A model generated the notes under the pieces. The model did no database searches and had not been told where the DNA came from. It was given only the letters and a program-made list of their open reading frames with translations. Below are positions 52,650-64,000 of a DNA stretch of 64,000 bases, piece by piece (positions within the stretch are counted from its first letter, which is position 1; each line of letters opens with the position of its first letter). Source of the stretch: Perna viridis. Its lineage: Eukaryota. The stretch is taken from contig CM074514.1 of NCBI GenBank assembly GCA_037379345.1, forward strand, positions 8,680,001 to 8,744,000. The letters run 5' to 3'. A program made the position numbers and the translations under genes.

Positions 52650-55600
52650 ATGAAGGCTTCGGCGTAGGGCCATCCGGGAAGAGCAAATGACTCTTGATGA
52701 ACTACTATCTTTAGCACGATCGTTTGAAATTAGCGAACAACAAACCGTAAATATTGAAAAAGATGAAACCGTCCATGCTGTCCATCACAAAAGTAAACTA
52801 AAATTTTCGAGAGATCGTGGACCACCTAGCGGGCTAGTAAATTATAGGAGCAACCTTAGAAATCACAGACAAGACAATCAAGGTAGAAATGAAAGAAAAA
52901 AGAATTTATAATTAAGGAGGTAATTTCCCTCACTCTAGGGGATTATGCGCAGCCAAAGTCAAGACTTGTAACAATTGCTAAAAGCAAAACCACTTTGTTT
53001 GCAATTCAGGCACAAAAATACATGCTATGAAGGCACAATCACACGAACAGTAACATGAAAATTACTCAAGCTCTGATGATGAGGATTTGATTGGCATTAC
53101 AAAACAACCAAATTATAAACAACCAAAAGCTAAAATAACAAAAAATACAATGCAGATTTCGAAATAGTAATTGACACGTGTGCAACGGTAAACACTATGG
53201 ATGAAAGAACTTTGTCAAATCTGCAAGTAAAGCCAAGATATTTCTTTATAAATCAGGAAATACTATTAACCTCTTTGGAACATTTGACACTAAGATCAAT
53301 TTCACTATCTACAAGACATGCACTTAAGCGACTGTCTATGTAATGAAAGGAATTTATGGTTCTTTCCTCAGTTACTCTACTGCAGCTGACCTGTACAAGT
53401 TTCCGACTATAAGAGTTGTTGATAGTAGTTGAAGTAGATGATATCAATTAAGAGTATGATGATCGTTTTCATTGCATAGGGAAAATCAAGCCGAAATACA
53501 CATTGACGAGGATGGTACACCGGTAGCACATCCTCACCGCAGAATCACCTTTCACGTTAGATAGAAAGTTGAGGATGCATTAAAGCGTTTGGAGGATTTA
53601 GACATCATCGAAAAAGTTGTTGGCCCCACTCCATGGGTTTTTCCTAAAGAGATTGCACCAAAACCTAAAAATCCAGAAAAAATCCGAATATGCGTCGATA
53701 TGCGCTTGTCTAATGAAGCCGTCAAAAGTGAACAACACTTAACACCTACTAAAAATGACATCATAGTGGCGTAAAATACAGCAAAAGTATTAAGTAAGCT
53801 AGACTTAAACCCTAGATACCACTACATCTAGAACTACATCTGGGCACATGTAGGTTTAAGACGTTATAAAAGACTGATATAGGACATTTCATCAGCTGCG
53901 GAGAAATTTCAGATGATTATCCGAGAATCTTTATAAGGGTTATAAGATACATACTGCTCAAACCTTTTTTCCGATGTATTACTGTTCCGATGTATTATTA
54001 ATATCTCCTTTTTTGTACGGAACTGATTGCACATCCTTGGGTCAGAGGTCAGAAGCTTGTCGACACTGAAACCTGCTTGTTTCATCAACACACTAACAAC
54101 GGTTTTATTGCCGGCTTTCCATGTAATTTTTAAGTTTTAGTCTCAACATAGAATATGTCCAACTATTCCCAAATTTTGATATGCCATATTATTTCATCCC
54201 TTTCAGAAATGAAGAAAATACACATGGAACCAATCATTCGATATTGATTTATCGCCTGCCATTTGAAAAGCTTCCAAAACAATCACATGACCAAAATACG
54301 CCATGTTTCAAAGGAAAAAAAACTATGGAAAGGCAGATAAAACATTGTCCAAAGATTTGACAAATTAAAACATTTCTTACCTCATCTTAAAACAATTTTT
54401 TTAAAGAAAAACATAATGAAAAAAATGGTTGATATTTGACAACTGATTTTCATTAACTGGTTTAATAATTAAACAAAAAAACAAGAATATGACATAATGT
54501 ACAGAGGTGGAAAGTAATTTTTGAATTTTATTTATATAAATAACATTAGTGTCGTCTGGCCAGCTCGGTAACTAGATCGGACGAATGACATTTTAACCAC
54601 CGGATTATCAAGGGGATATCCAAGTATAAGCGACGATATTTTCGTGTATGGAACAAATCAACAAGAACACAATGAACGACTCCAAAAAGTGTTTCAGTGC
54701 CTTCGAGAACGACACATAACACTTAATAAAAAAGTGCGAATTTAATCGAGACAAAGTGAAATTCTTCAGATATGTATTTTCGAAGGATGGAATCACAGCT
54801 TAACGAAACAACGAAACGAAAGCGTTTGAAACACTGAAGACAAAGTTGACTGACAGTGTAATGACCTAATTCCATCTATCATAACATACAGAATTTATCG
54901 TTAATACCCAGTTTGTTTAGGGGCAATTCTTGTCCAGGAAAGCAAAATTCTATTGTATGCAAGCCGTGCGTTATCCGATTTGAAGAAGAGATATTCACAT
55001 ACTGAAAAGAAACCACTGGCCATTTCATGGGGATGCGAACATTATCATTTGATTCTATTTGGATTTAACTTTACTTTGATCACTGATCACAAGCCCTTTG
55101 AGGTCATCTTTAACAACAAAAAGCCACCAGCACGCAAAGAACGTTGGACTACAAGCGTACAGTTTCACTGTGAAGTACCAACAAGGTTCGAACAATCAAA
55201 CTGATTATATGTCATGACACCCTTGTGGAAGCAATAGCCAGACAAGTTTTCGTCATGAAAATAAGGCAGAAGAATGTCAAACTTTTGTGACAAAAATTTT
55301 ATTCCAAAAGCCATGTCGATGTCTGAAATAGCAAACGCGACAACAGAGGATACATTGTTATTCGTGGGAAATTGGAAAGGACTACAAAACAGGTCAGAAT
55401 TAGAATCATTCGTTTGTATCAATGACAGTCTAACTATCGTCCCGACTAAAGATAGTGCTTCACCCTACAACTGTCGTATTGTCATACCGCCACCGCTTAC
55501 ACAAAAGGTAGTAAACATTTCTCAAGGACTGGTAAAAACCAAACAACTTCTGAGAGAAAAAATGTATTTTGGTATAAATAATATTGTTGAAATTTTTAAT

Positions 55601-56400
55601 CGAATCGCACGGAATGTCAAGCCATCATACTCGTTAACAATACCGAACCGTCGCAAAAAAATGACAAAGCTCCCAGATAAATCATGGACTTTCGGCTGAT
55701 TTCTATGAACCGCTACTGACAGGAGAGTATATATCAGTTCTAACCGATGACTATTTGACATTCCCAGTAGTTGAAATTGCGATGTCTACTAGTTCGAAAA
55801 CAGTTATTCGGAAGTTAGGTAACATGTTTTGCGCTATTTTGGAATTCCAGAAGAGCTTAAGTCCGATATTGGACCACCGTTTCAGATCCAAGAATTTGAA
55901 AATTCTCATATTATTTAGGATTACGCCACAGGAAAATCGTTCTGCTTTGGCCAAGAGCAAATGTGTACGGAGAGGCCTAGAGGTCTGTGCGCACCATTAG
56001 CAAGACTGTTAAAGCAGCTCGTACTGAAGATAAAAGCTAGAAACGGGAATGCACAAAGTCTTAAAAAGTTATCGATCGACTCCAGATGGCACCACAGGTG
56101 TAGCCCCAACTACAGCTTTATTCGGAAGGAACATTAAAACTAAACTGCCCGAATACAATATCAAATCAAAAAAGACAACAGACATTTGACATGTTGATGA
56201 AAAGGACAAACAGAAAAATAAAAGACTATTGAGGCGTTAAGAGCAAGTTAAAGACTCTGTTTTAAAGGAAGTTTGTTTTGTACTAGTAAAAACACCACAT
56301 GCAAATAATCTATCAACACATTACAAACCTGTTCCGTACACCATAATTGAAAATAAAGATTCGTTCGAGGATTACACCAGAAACTCTTCACACTTCCAAA
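52650..56400 (+). mobile_element. Decayed Ty3/Gypsy LTR retrotransposon internal region (gag, protease, RT, RNase H, integrase)
   Basis: Zinc-knuckle relic KTCNNC.KQNHF, protease IDTCAT, RT IRICVDMR..N, SKLDL, ISDDIFVYG, LNKKCEF, RNase H YASRAL..RYSHTEK..ITDHKP, integrase SDIGPPF; many stops and frameshifts; no LTRs identified. Confidence 0.9.
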
Positions 56401-57548
56401 TCTAATAAAGCTAAGTTATTTGTGTTTTCCTTTCATTTCAATAGTTTATTTAGTTGCTTAGTATTTATAGTTAATAGGAACTGTTCTTTTTGTGTTATTT
56501 GAAAAGCTGATAATCCAAATTTTGAGTAAAAATGTATTCAATTTTCATTTGTCAATCGCAATACATTTAGTGTATTTTCAAAAGTGACAATCTCGAAACA
56601 ATCGAATGACAATATTTCTTAAACTTACAAGAAAAGAAGAATTGGTTATATCCGGAAGTAATGCATATCCGCTCCGTTATTCTTATTTTGAATTGTTGGT
56701 CTAAAATGTCACAGTTCTCTCCCTCTACAAAGAGAGTAATGGATCAGTTGTGAAATGTACATTAATTTGTTCGGAGATATTATAGCGAGTGACTTTCCGT
56801 GACAATTTTCATTTTTAATGACACCTAATATGAACCTTTGTCAAAAATTAGTCGAAAGCTGACGTTAAGAACTTTTTTGAAAATATAAGTCGCAACAATT
56901 TTTGGGTAAGATATGTTTGTACTTCGGGTCAAATTTACACAACAGAAATTACACTGAATACCTTTTACTATTGTGGCTCTCGTGTCAACTAGAGATCTTC
57001 GAGCTTTAAAAATCTCATGTTTATGAAACACCAAAGAAACTCAGCATGCACAACAAAATTGTATTTTGCAGAGCACCTCGTAAGGCGTCTCGGTAATTTC
57101 TAAAAATCTCGATCGAGAGTTTTGGATAATAAACGCTGTGGCATTGTTATCTGTTATCGCAGTGAAAGAATATTCGTTTTCGTGTCCACCCATGAACCCA
57201 TATCATCAAAGCGGCAATTACAATTGCATATAATTCAATGTAGGCAATTGATAATTCCTAAGTTTCAAAATAAATACTTCTTCCCATTTGAGATACCAAT
57301 TATCCTTTTAATTCTTCACATTCTTGTAATTAAAATTTACCATTTTATGACAAAATCGAATTCGACTGTTGCACATAATTTAGGATATTTTATCTTTATA
57401 CTTGGATATCTAGACTTGATTTCAAGCTTTTATTTTGCAAACACCCGAAAATAAACACTTGTGTTTTACCATATTCTAAAAAACGATTATGTATAGTCAA
57501 CAGCCAACACAAAATAATGATTAATTCTCTTGTACTGTAAAACCTATA

Positions 57549-58690
57549 CCGCTGAAATAAAAACAGTTCAGGCAGTCATGTATATTGATGAGTTTTACTT
57601 CATTCATACTTCGATGCTTAGTCTGTATTTGGTTTTAGCCCATTAACAATGACGAGTATTGGCTAACTATATTCCTTCATTCCTATATAAATTATGATTC
57701 CCAACCTTTCTTTAAAGTTTGATAAAATTCACTTGAGTGACTAAGGAGAAGTTTTCTTGCTGTATTCAATCATATAAATGACTTGTAGTTAGATGAACCC
57801 CTCCCAATATTAATTGCCGGGAGGAAGCCGGTGCAAATAACGTTAATGTCTCATGCGGAAAATTATTCAAAAAAGTTTTTTCCCATGGCACTCTTGATGA
57901 AAAATGTATTCGTTCCATGGAAACTATAATGCATTAACTAAAAATAAAAATCTGTATTTATCTTTTCTGTCCTTGATATTTTTACTTTTATGTAAAAATG
58001 GGCTATTTGATATCTCATTTTGAGTTGTTTTGCACACATAAAACGTAGCAGCAGATAAACTTTATTCATGATCAATTGACAGGGAATACGCAAACATTTT
58101 AACATTTAGAAACAGTTTTTGTCAATTGTTGCAACCTCTAGTAAATCTCCTGTGCACTGTATTGGTATGAAATTCTGAATAATGAGAACAAAAATGTGTA
58201 GAAGGTGTAGAAGAAACTATGATTACCCATTCTTCTGCATGTGTATTAAATAAATGTGTCACTAAAACACCTACTGACTTGTTCGAAAAACAGTTGCTTT
58301 GAAGTAGATCATACACCAAAGAACCTCAAAGCAGAAACAATATCTGACCTCATATGAACAAGACATATCTATTCAGTTCACAAGTACCACATGAGTATCA
58401 AAACATATGTTCATTACTTTAAGCCTGTAAGGGAAATATCTATGTGTAACTGGTATATTCAGTAAAACCGGCAGTTTTAAAACCCTGTTCTTGGCATAGT
58501 TTGAAATACCTCATCTAATAATTTTCTCTACAAATCTGTTCTGGTTGCTTTAAAAGTACATTTGGTCAATGCTTTCTTAGCTGCTATAAAAACAGTTCAG
58601 GCAGTCATGTATATTGATGTATATTGATAAGTTTTACTTCATTCATACTCCGATGCTTAGTCTGTATTTGGTTTTTGCTCATTAACAATG
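57549..58690 (+). repeat. Pair of about 100-bp direct repeats (57549-57650 and 58580-58690)
   Basis: ataaaaacagttcaggcagtcatgtatattgat...gatgcttagtctgtatttggtttt...cattaacaatg occurs twice. Confidence 0.9.
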
Positions 58691-60406
58691 GCCGCTTTGA
58701 GTTTTTCACCCCGTGGGGTTGTTAACTCTGACATATTCACCAAATCCATTCGATTATATTGATTTCGATTTAAGCTCTGACGTGTGGCCTATTGCGATAT
58801 GTATAAAGCGGTCTTACTCTGATATTCACAAGCATGTGACAATTCCATTTTAAGTTCAAGATTTATGGTTGCACAGAATGGGTCTTAGACCATTACTGAA
58901 TTAAAATATGAAATTCCAGTATATGTCTTATGCCAGTTTTCGTCTAATACGAGCATAATAGTATACAATTGAAACCTGATACGTTCCCAGATACGAAGAA
59001 ACATAAATTCAAACCATCTTCCTTTTTATCAGCCTTGTTATATTCATGATAACTTTACAAGCCTCATGTGTAAAATATGAATAGTCCTAATACACCCTCC
59101 GAATTGTCATGGTTTGATATGTCTTAGGTTCGAATTGTTCGGCAAGGAAATAGGTGTATGACTGATAACGTCATTTTCGTAAAGACATGGACGCTATATT
59201 GTTGACTGTTTGACCACTCCTATATTAAAAAAGCTATGATTCGATTTATATTTATTCATCGAATCTAGCAAATGTTTTCCCCAACTGTTTTTGTTCTAAA
59301 TCAGCATTTATACTAACCCCTCAAAATATATGCAAAAAAATGGAGCAGTCGTGTTGATATTTTAAACTGTTGAATGAAGGTACAAACTGGATAGTAAGAG
59401 GCTTTTGAGAAAATCATGCAAAAACATTTTTTTTCCAAAAATCTTTTTGAAAAAGTATTAAAAAACGGAATAACAATAAAACACATTTAAAGTAGATTAT
59501 AATAGTAGAAATATAAGTAATGAAAAAGTCATTGAACAAAATAATATATATCATTAAAATATCTAATTTACTTACCCAAGGTACACAACCCTATTTTATT
59601 TATTCGGGAGTAGAAAACGCATGGTTATACAAACAAACACTTATAGTGTAAGTTGGTCAAACTAGGTCGACAAAGAATACAGAACAAACACTATCAATCA
59701 TTGTCACAAAGTATGAAGAAATAAATTCAGTTGACAAATTATGTAATATCACTCTTTGAACAACAAGTGCACAAAATGGACTTCGTTTCGAGAGGTAAAA
59801 TAATACTCAAATTAATTGTAAAAACTTAAAATAAAAGTTAGGTACTATAATGTACATAAGAAACAATTTAAGACAGCACACCATGACAACATGTGTCACT
59901 AAAGGTTGAAATGTATAAAAAAAAAAAAAGAAAGTAAAAACAAGCACCCTCGTTTAAAAGATAGCTGACACAGTAAAGTGTTCTTTGTACTTGTAATTTT
60001 CTACATTTCATTCAGGAAATAACACATGGCACGCAGTTTTTTTTGGGGTTTTTTTTCGAACGGCACTAAGTCATCAGTATGTGGCCAACTGGGAAACGGA
60101 ATTGCTATCAGGTGACTTGCGTTTTCATGGAAGAGCGTCTTTAAGGCCAAAAGGTTAAAAAAAAAGCGACACTATACCGACTGCGTCGTAAACAAAGTAT
60201 GAACTATTAACGATATAAATCAGAATTTAAGTATAAAAGAGTCATTTTCACACAAAACATACCTTAATCCAAATCAAGGATAATCAAAATCAACAATCAA
60301 CAAAAGTTATTTTTCAAGTTGTGCATTTTAACAATGACTTGTGTCCTTTTGAATTTTTGCGTCACAAATATAGTTTCACGCACACAGAGAGGGCAGTTTA
60401 TTTTGT

Positions 60407-62471
60407 TTATAGAGACACGTCATCATTCATAGTAGAAAACAAACCACTGTCACTGATAGCTCTTATATAGATATAAAATTTAAGAGTAGATTTTGTCTTC
60501 AGTTTTTCAGTTACTGTTACATCAATAAAATGGTTGGTTGTTTCCTGCCACTGTACGACATCAGCTCCGCCCAGAAATGTTCCTACCGATACTTCATAAA
60601 CCAAACGTCCAGTGTGTATAAAACAGTCCTGCCAGTCAACATTTACGACATCACCTGTTCTTGTAATTTTCATCGATGACCCTTCTGAAGAATTACATTT
60701 TATTAAGACTGACATAAAACGAGAACAAATACATTCAAGAAATACCTTCGTAACAACACACTTTAATTAAAAGAAATTATTAACGTTAGAAAAGAATTAA
60801 GAAATTAATAATGATTTATGTCAGTAAACTTTATAACTGGAATAAACAAGTCAGCACAGACTAGCTCTTATATGAGGTAATCATCATGCCATCTCCGTTA
60901 ATCATTGCCCATACCCTCTGACTAGATTTTGTTTTATCATATCAACAACGAAATGCTCGCTGTATAGTGAATGTAAGGGTGGTACATTTGCATACAAATC
61001 TAGGCCTTGTACATCAAAAAAACTTTATGAAAGGAAAACAAGATTTACGAATGGCCTTATTGTGCTTTTCATTATAATTTATAAGGGAAATATATCTTTG
61101 CCAAAAGTCTATTCTTCCTTAGCAATACTATCGGGAACAGTTAAAAGATTTTGAATGAGAGGTTCGATTATTGAAAATGGAAATTATCATGATAGATAAT
61201 ACCGAATGAACTTTGAATACAGAATATGAAACAAAATCTAAAAGAAATAAATATGGAGTATCGAATGGTAGCGGCGACCAATGCCCAAATGATTACCTGT
61301 ACTTGATTTTTATTCACACCATACATATTTATGTATTACTGATCTTTGAATGTATCATTTCTACTAACCTTTAACTGAAGGTGAAGATTGGTTAACAGTA
61401 ATATTAGTATAGACTTGGCTACTTCTAATGTACATAGAATTGGTTGCAGCAACACTCGCTGTATAAACATCATTTTTCAGCGCTAATCCGTGGACGGACA
61501 TGTATGTAACACCTTTATTTATATTTAAGATGGTATTCCTCAAATGAACGTCTCTGCCATCCAATTTAACCTTCAAATGCAACACAGACTACATTGGTAA
61601 AAACGGTAATGAATTTATTGCTATATTATTTTTATGACATTTAGTATTTCTCATGATAGATATCTTAGACATTGGGCTACAAGTTGAATCCTGTATGTGT
61701 TGATTTATGTCGTTCAGTATAATAAACTCGTTTGAAGAATAAAAAAAAACATTAAATAGTTTTACCTGTTTTTTAGTCTTTTATGTTCATTGTTTCCCTT
61801 TTAACGTCTTTTTGTATAAATTTGTATTGATAGGAGATGTTGTATAATTGCCAATGAGACCATCATCCACAAAAAGCTTAAGCAACGAACAATAACTTTC
61901 TACAGGTTGATTTTCGTCTTTTATGAATAGTTTCACATCATTTGTTTTAGGGCTGTTTACAGCTTGCTTTGTTGTGTGGGGTTTGCCAATTATTGAAGAC
62001 AGTGCAATGACCTGTAAAAGTTTAATTGTTCGATGTTTGCCATTTGGTGAATGACTCATTTTTAAGGACAGTATAGTTAATGTAATTGGATCAATATAGA
62101 TGACCTTGCGACCAAATAGATATGCAGTTCAAGACCATTTACCACAAATGACATTATTCCATATTGGTCGGTAAAACCCGTCCATTTCATTCGAATTGTG
62201 GCGGTATTTCCTTGTTCAAAATCTTCCGGATTGTATTCCGTCACAGGAAACGGAATTATAGTTATCTCAGCATTGTCACTAGATGGCGGTTTTTCTGATA
62301 CAGTTACGCCGTCTGATGACGCTGTTGTGTATAATCCTCCTTTGTTATGACATCTAACGGTAGAATATATAGTTTTCTGTGAAACAGATGCTTCGTCTAA
62401 GACAGCAGATGCAGAACTGAGATCAGTGGTCTGTGTGAAAGATTGAAGCTCATTACCAAGTGGTTGTAGAC
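60407..62471 (-). CDS. Last three exons of a second FN3-like repeat protein (probable paralog of the left gene)
   Basis: Exons 62471-62143 (TIYSTVRCHNKGGLYTTASSDGVTV...KWTGFTDQYG), 61570-61369 and 60684-60407 (YEVSVGTFLGGADVVQW...IRAISDSGL, stop); phases agree. Confidence 0.85.
61830..62060. repeat. Two oppositely oriented fragments of the abundant interspersed repeat, in intron
   Basis: gagatgttgtataattgccaatgagac and gctgtttacagcttgc...ttgaagacagtgcaatgacctgta. Confidence 0.5.
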
Positions 62472-64000
62472 CTGAAGAGGATGTATGATATAGATTAAAT
62501 TATTGAATAAGTTTGAAATTCGTCCTTCCCTTTCCAAGTTATTTCTTTTGATTCTATTTTTTACAAATCTGAACATGACCTCAACAATCATAAAGGAATA
62601 AAACTTACCTTTGGAGACTAACCAGTGACTTTTTACAAATTAGTACTGCATTTTGTAGACGTTAAGATTAAATAACAATGTACCTTAAACATGATGAAAA
62701 CATGTATAGTTAAGCGAACAGTAGATATGATTCGATGTAGGCAAAGTCTCTATTCTAAATCTTTTTTCTATGACAGCAATTTTTCTACAACCATGACACT
62801 CTCTCGTTACCAATATGCTAAACAATACAAAGAGTTGAACAACTGTTAGTGCACTGTTACTGCCCAGTTGATATTGTAAGAGTCGGTGAGTAGGTAGCCA
62901 CTCACCCAAGAAAATTTACTTGGGCAGATGTAAAGTAAGCAGTCACTACCCTATCATATGGAATAACCTCAGCTCATGTATATCAATCACATTTGTAGAG
63001 TTTTATGCTTTTTGAACTTTTTTTTTCCTATTTAGATATTATTAATTTAATTGTAGTTGACAATGTCTATAGTCATTTTTGTACAAGTCTTACATAGAAA
63101 ATATATTTTACACTTACAAGTATCATAGTCGATTTCAAGTATGAAATGGCAAGTTAAAGAAAGGCAATTAACACTGTTTTCTTAAAATGAACATTAACTT
63201 AATGATAAAATTTAAAGCATCCTGTCTCTGGACCCATTGAATACTGGCATTACATATAAAATATATACATCAGATAGTGTCACTACACAAGGTATCTACT
63301 TAACTGTTTCAAATTCTTATATTCTTGCATTTTTCCTGCATTAATAATTATGCATGTATACATAGTTCTGATGAAATTTTATGCACATAATCGATATAAA
63401 AGTATAATTCCAATAAGAATCTTTCACACGAAGCCTTCATTTAAGAGCTGTAAAGAATAGTCATTATTATGTTCATATCAATTTATTTATAATCTCAAAC
63501 CATATTTTTAATCACACTAAATCCTAAAGTATAATGAAAGTCATAATAATTAAGACACTTTATCCCAAACTATACAAAGCAGTGTAGTTAATCCATAATA
63601 AGATAATTTACAACTTCACAACTTGACACTTGAAATTTACTTATAATAAGAACTATACACCTTTCATTAAAAGGACATCTTAGTAGGACTATTCCAATTT
63701 TATAAAGGAAGGAATCAGCATTAATTTAGGCTTCATTTTATAATGATGTATAAGACTTCTTTCCAATGTTTAAAATTAAAGTAAAGATTTTAGAGTACTA
63801 TTCTAAATCCCGTTTTTCTATATTGCCTACAAAATAAAAATGAAAATGAATTTTAGTAGCAAGTTTTACCTCACATTACCTAGGAAAATAAGCATAAAAC
63901 AGGTAGCAGCTTCAGATTTAAATAACAAGGAGTTCTACAAGTGAGTATTCGTCAAACTAGTCAGTATGAATACTCAAATAGCTTTTCGTCAATCTTTGGT

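Noticed and set aside
60050-60080. Minus-strand CTGATGA...GAAA hammerhead-like spacing
   Set aside because: No convincing stem II or III
62609-63830. Possible further exons of the right-hand gene (donor near 62604; acceptor near 63826)
   Set aside because: No open, family-like frame could be linked to them; left unassigned

Overview
AT-rich, intron-rich eukaryotic DNA. The repeat families look like those of a bivalve mollusc, most likely Mytilus (inference from pattern recognition). There are three main blocks. (1) 1-22.2 kb: a minus-strand gene of 28 hand-spliced coding exons (about 1,640 aa, continuing off the left edge). It encodes a signal peptide, an EMI-like Cys module, EGF-like repeats and a long FN3-like array, and has one apparent 1-bp frameshift. 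The 3' end of a probable paralog lies at 60.4-62.5 kb. (2) About 26.7-50.4 kb: an island with an 11-exon SWIM/CxC + KDZ (HMGXB3-like) transposase-type gene that lacks its C-terminal catalytic part, possible relic exons of a second gene, and four different minisatellites. All four repeat the core ATCACCA/TGGTGAT at about 21-bp spacing in alternating orientation. The island is bounded by a 210-bp palindrome on the left and an inverted CGTT/AACG tract on the right. (3) 52.7-56.4 kb: a decayed Gypsy retrotransposon. Penelope-like retroelement fragments, a SINE-like element with a TSD, a CR1 fragment, MITEs and HINE-like elements are scattered throughout. Family assignments rest on remembered motifs; no searches were run.
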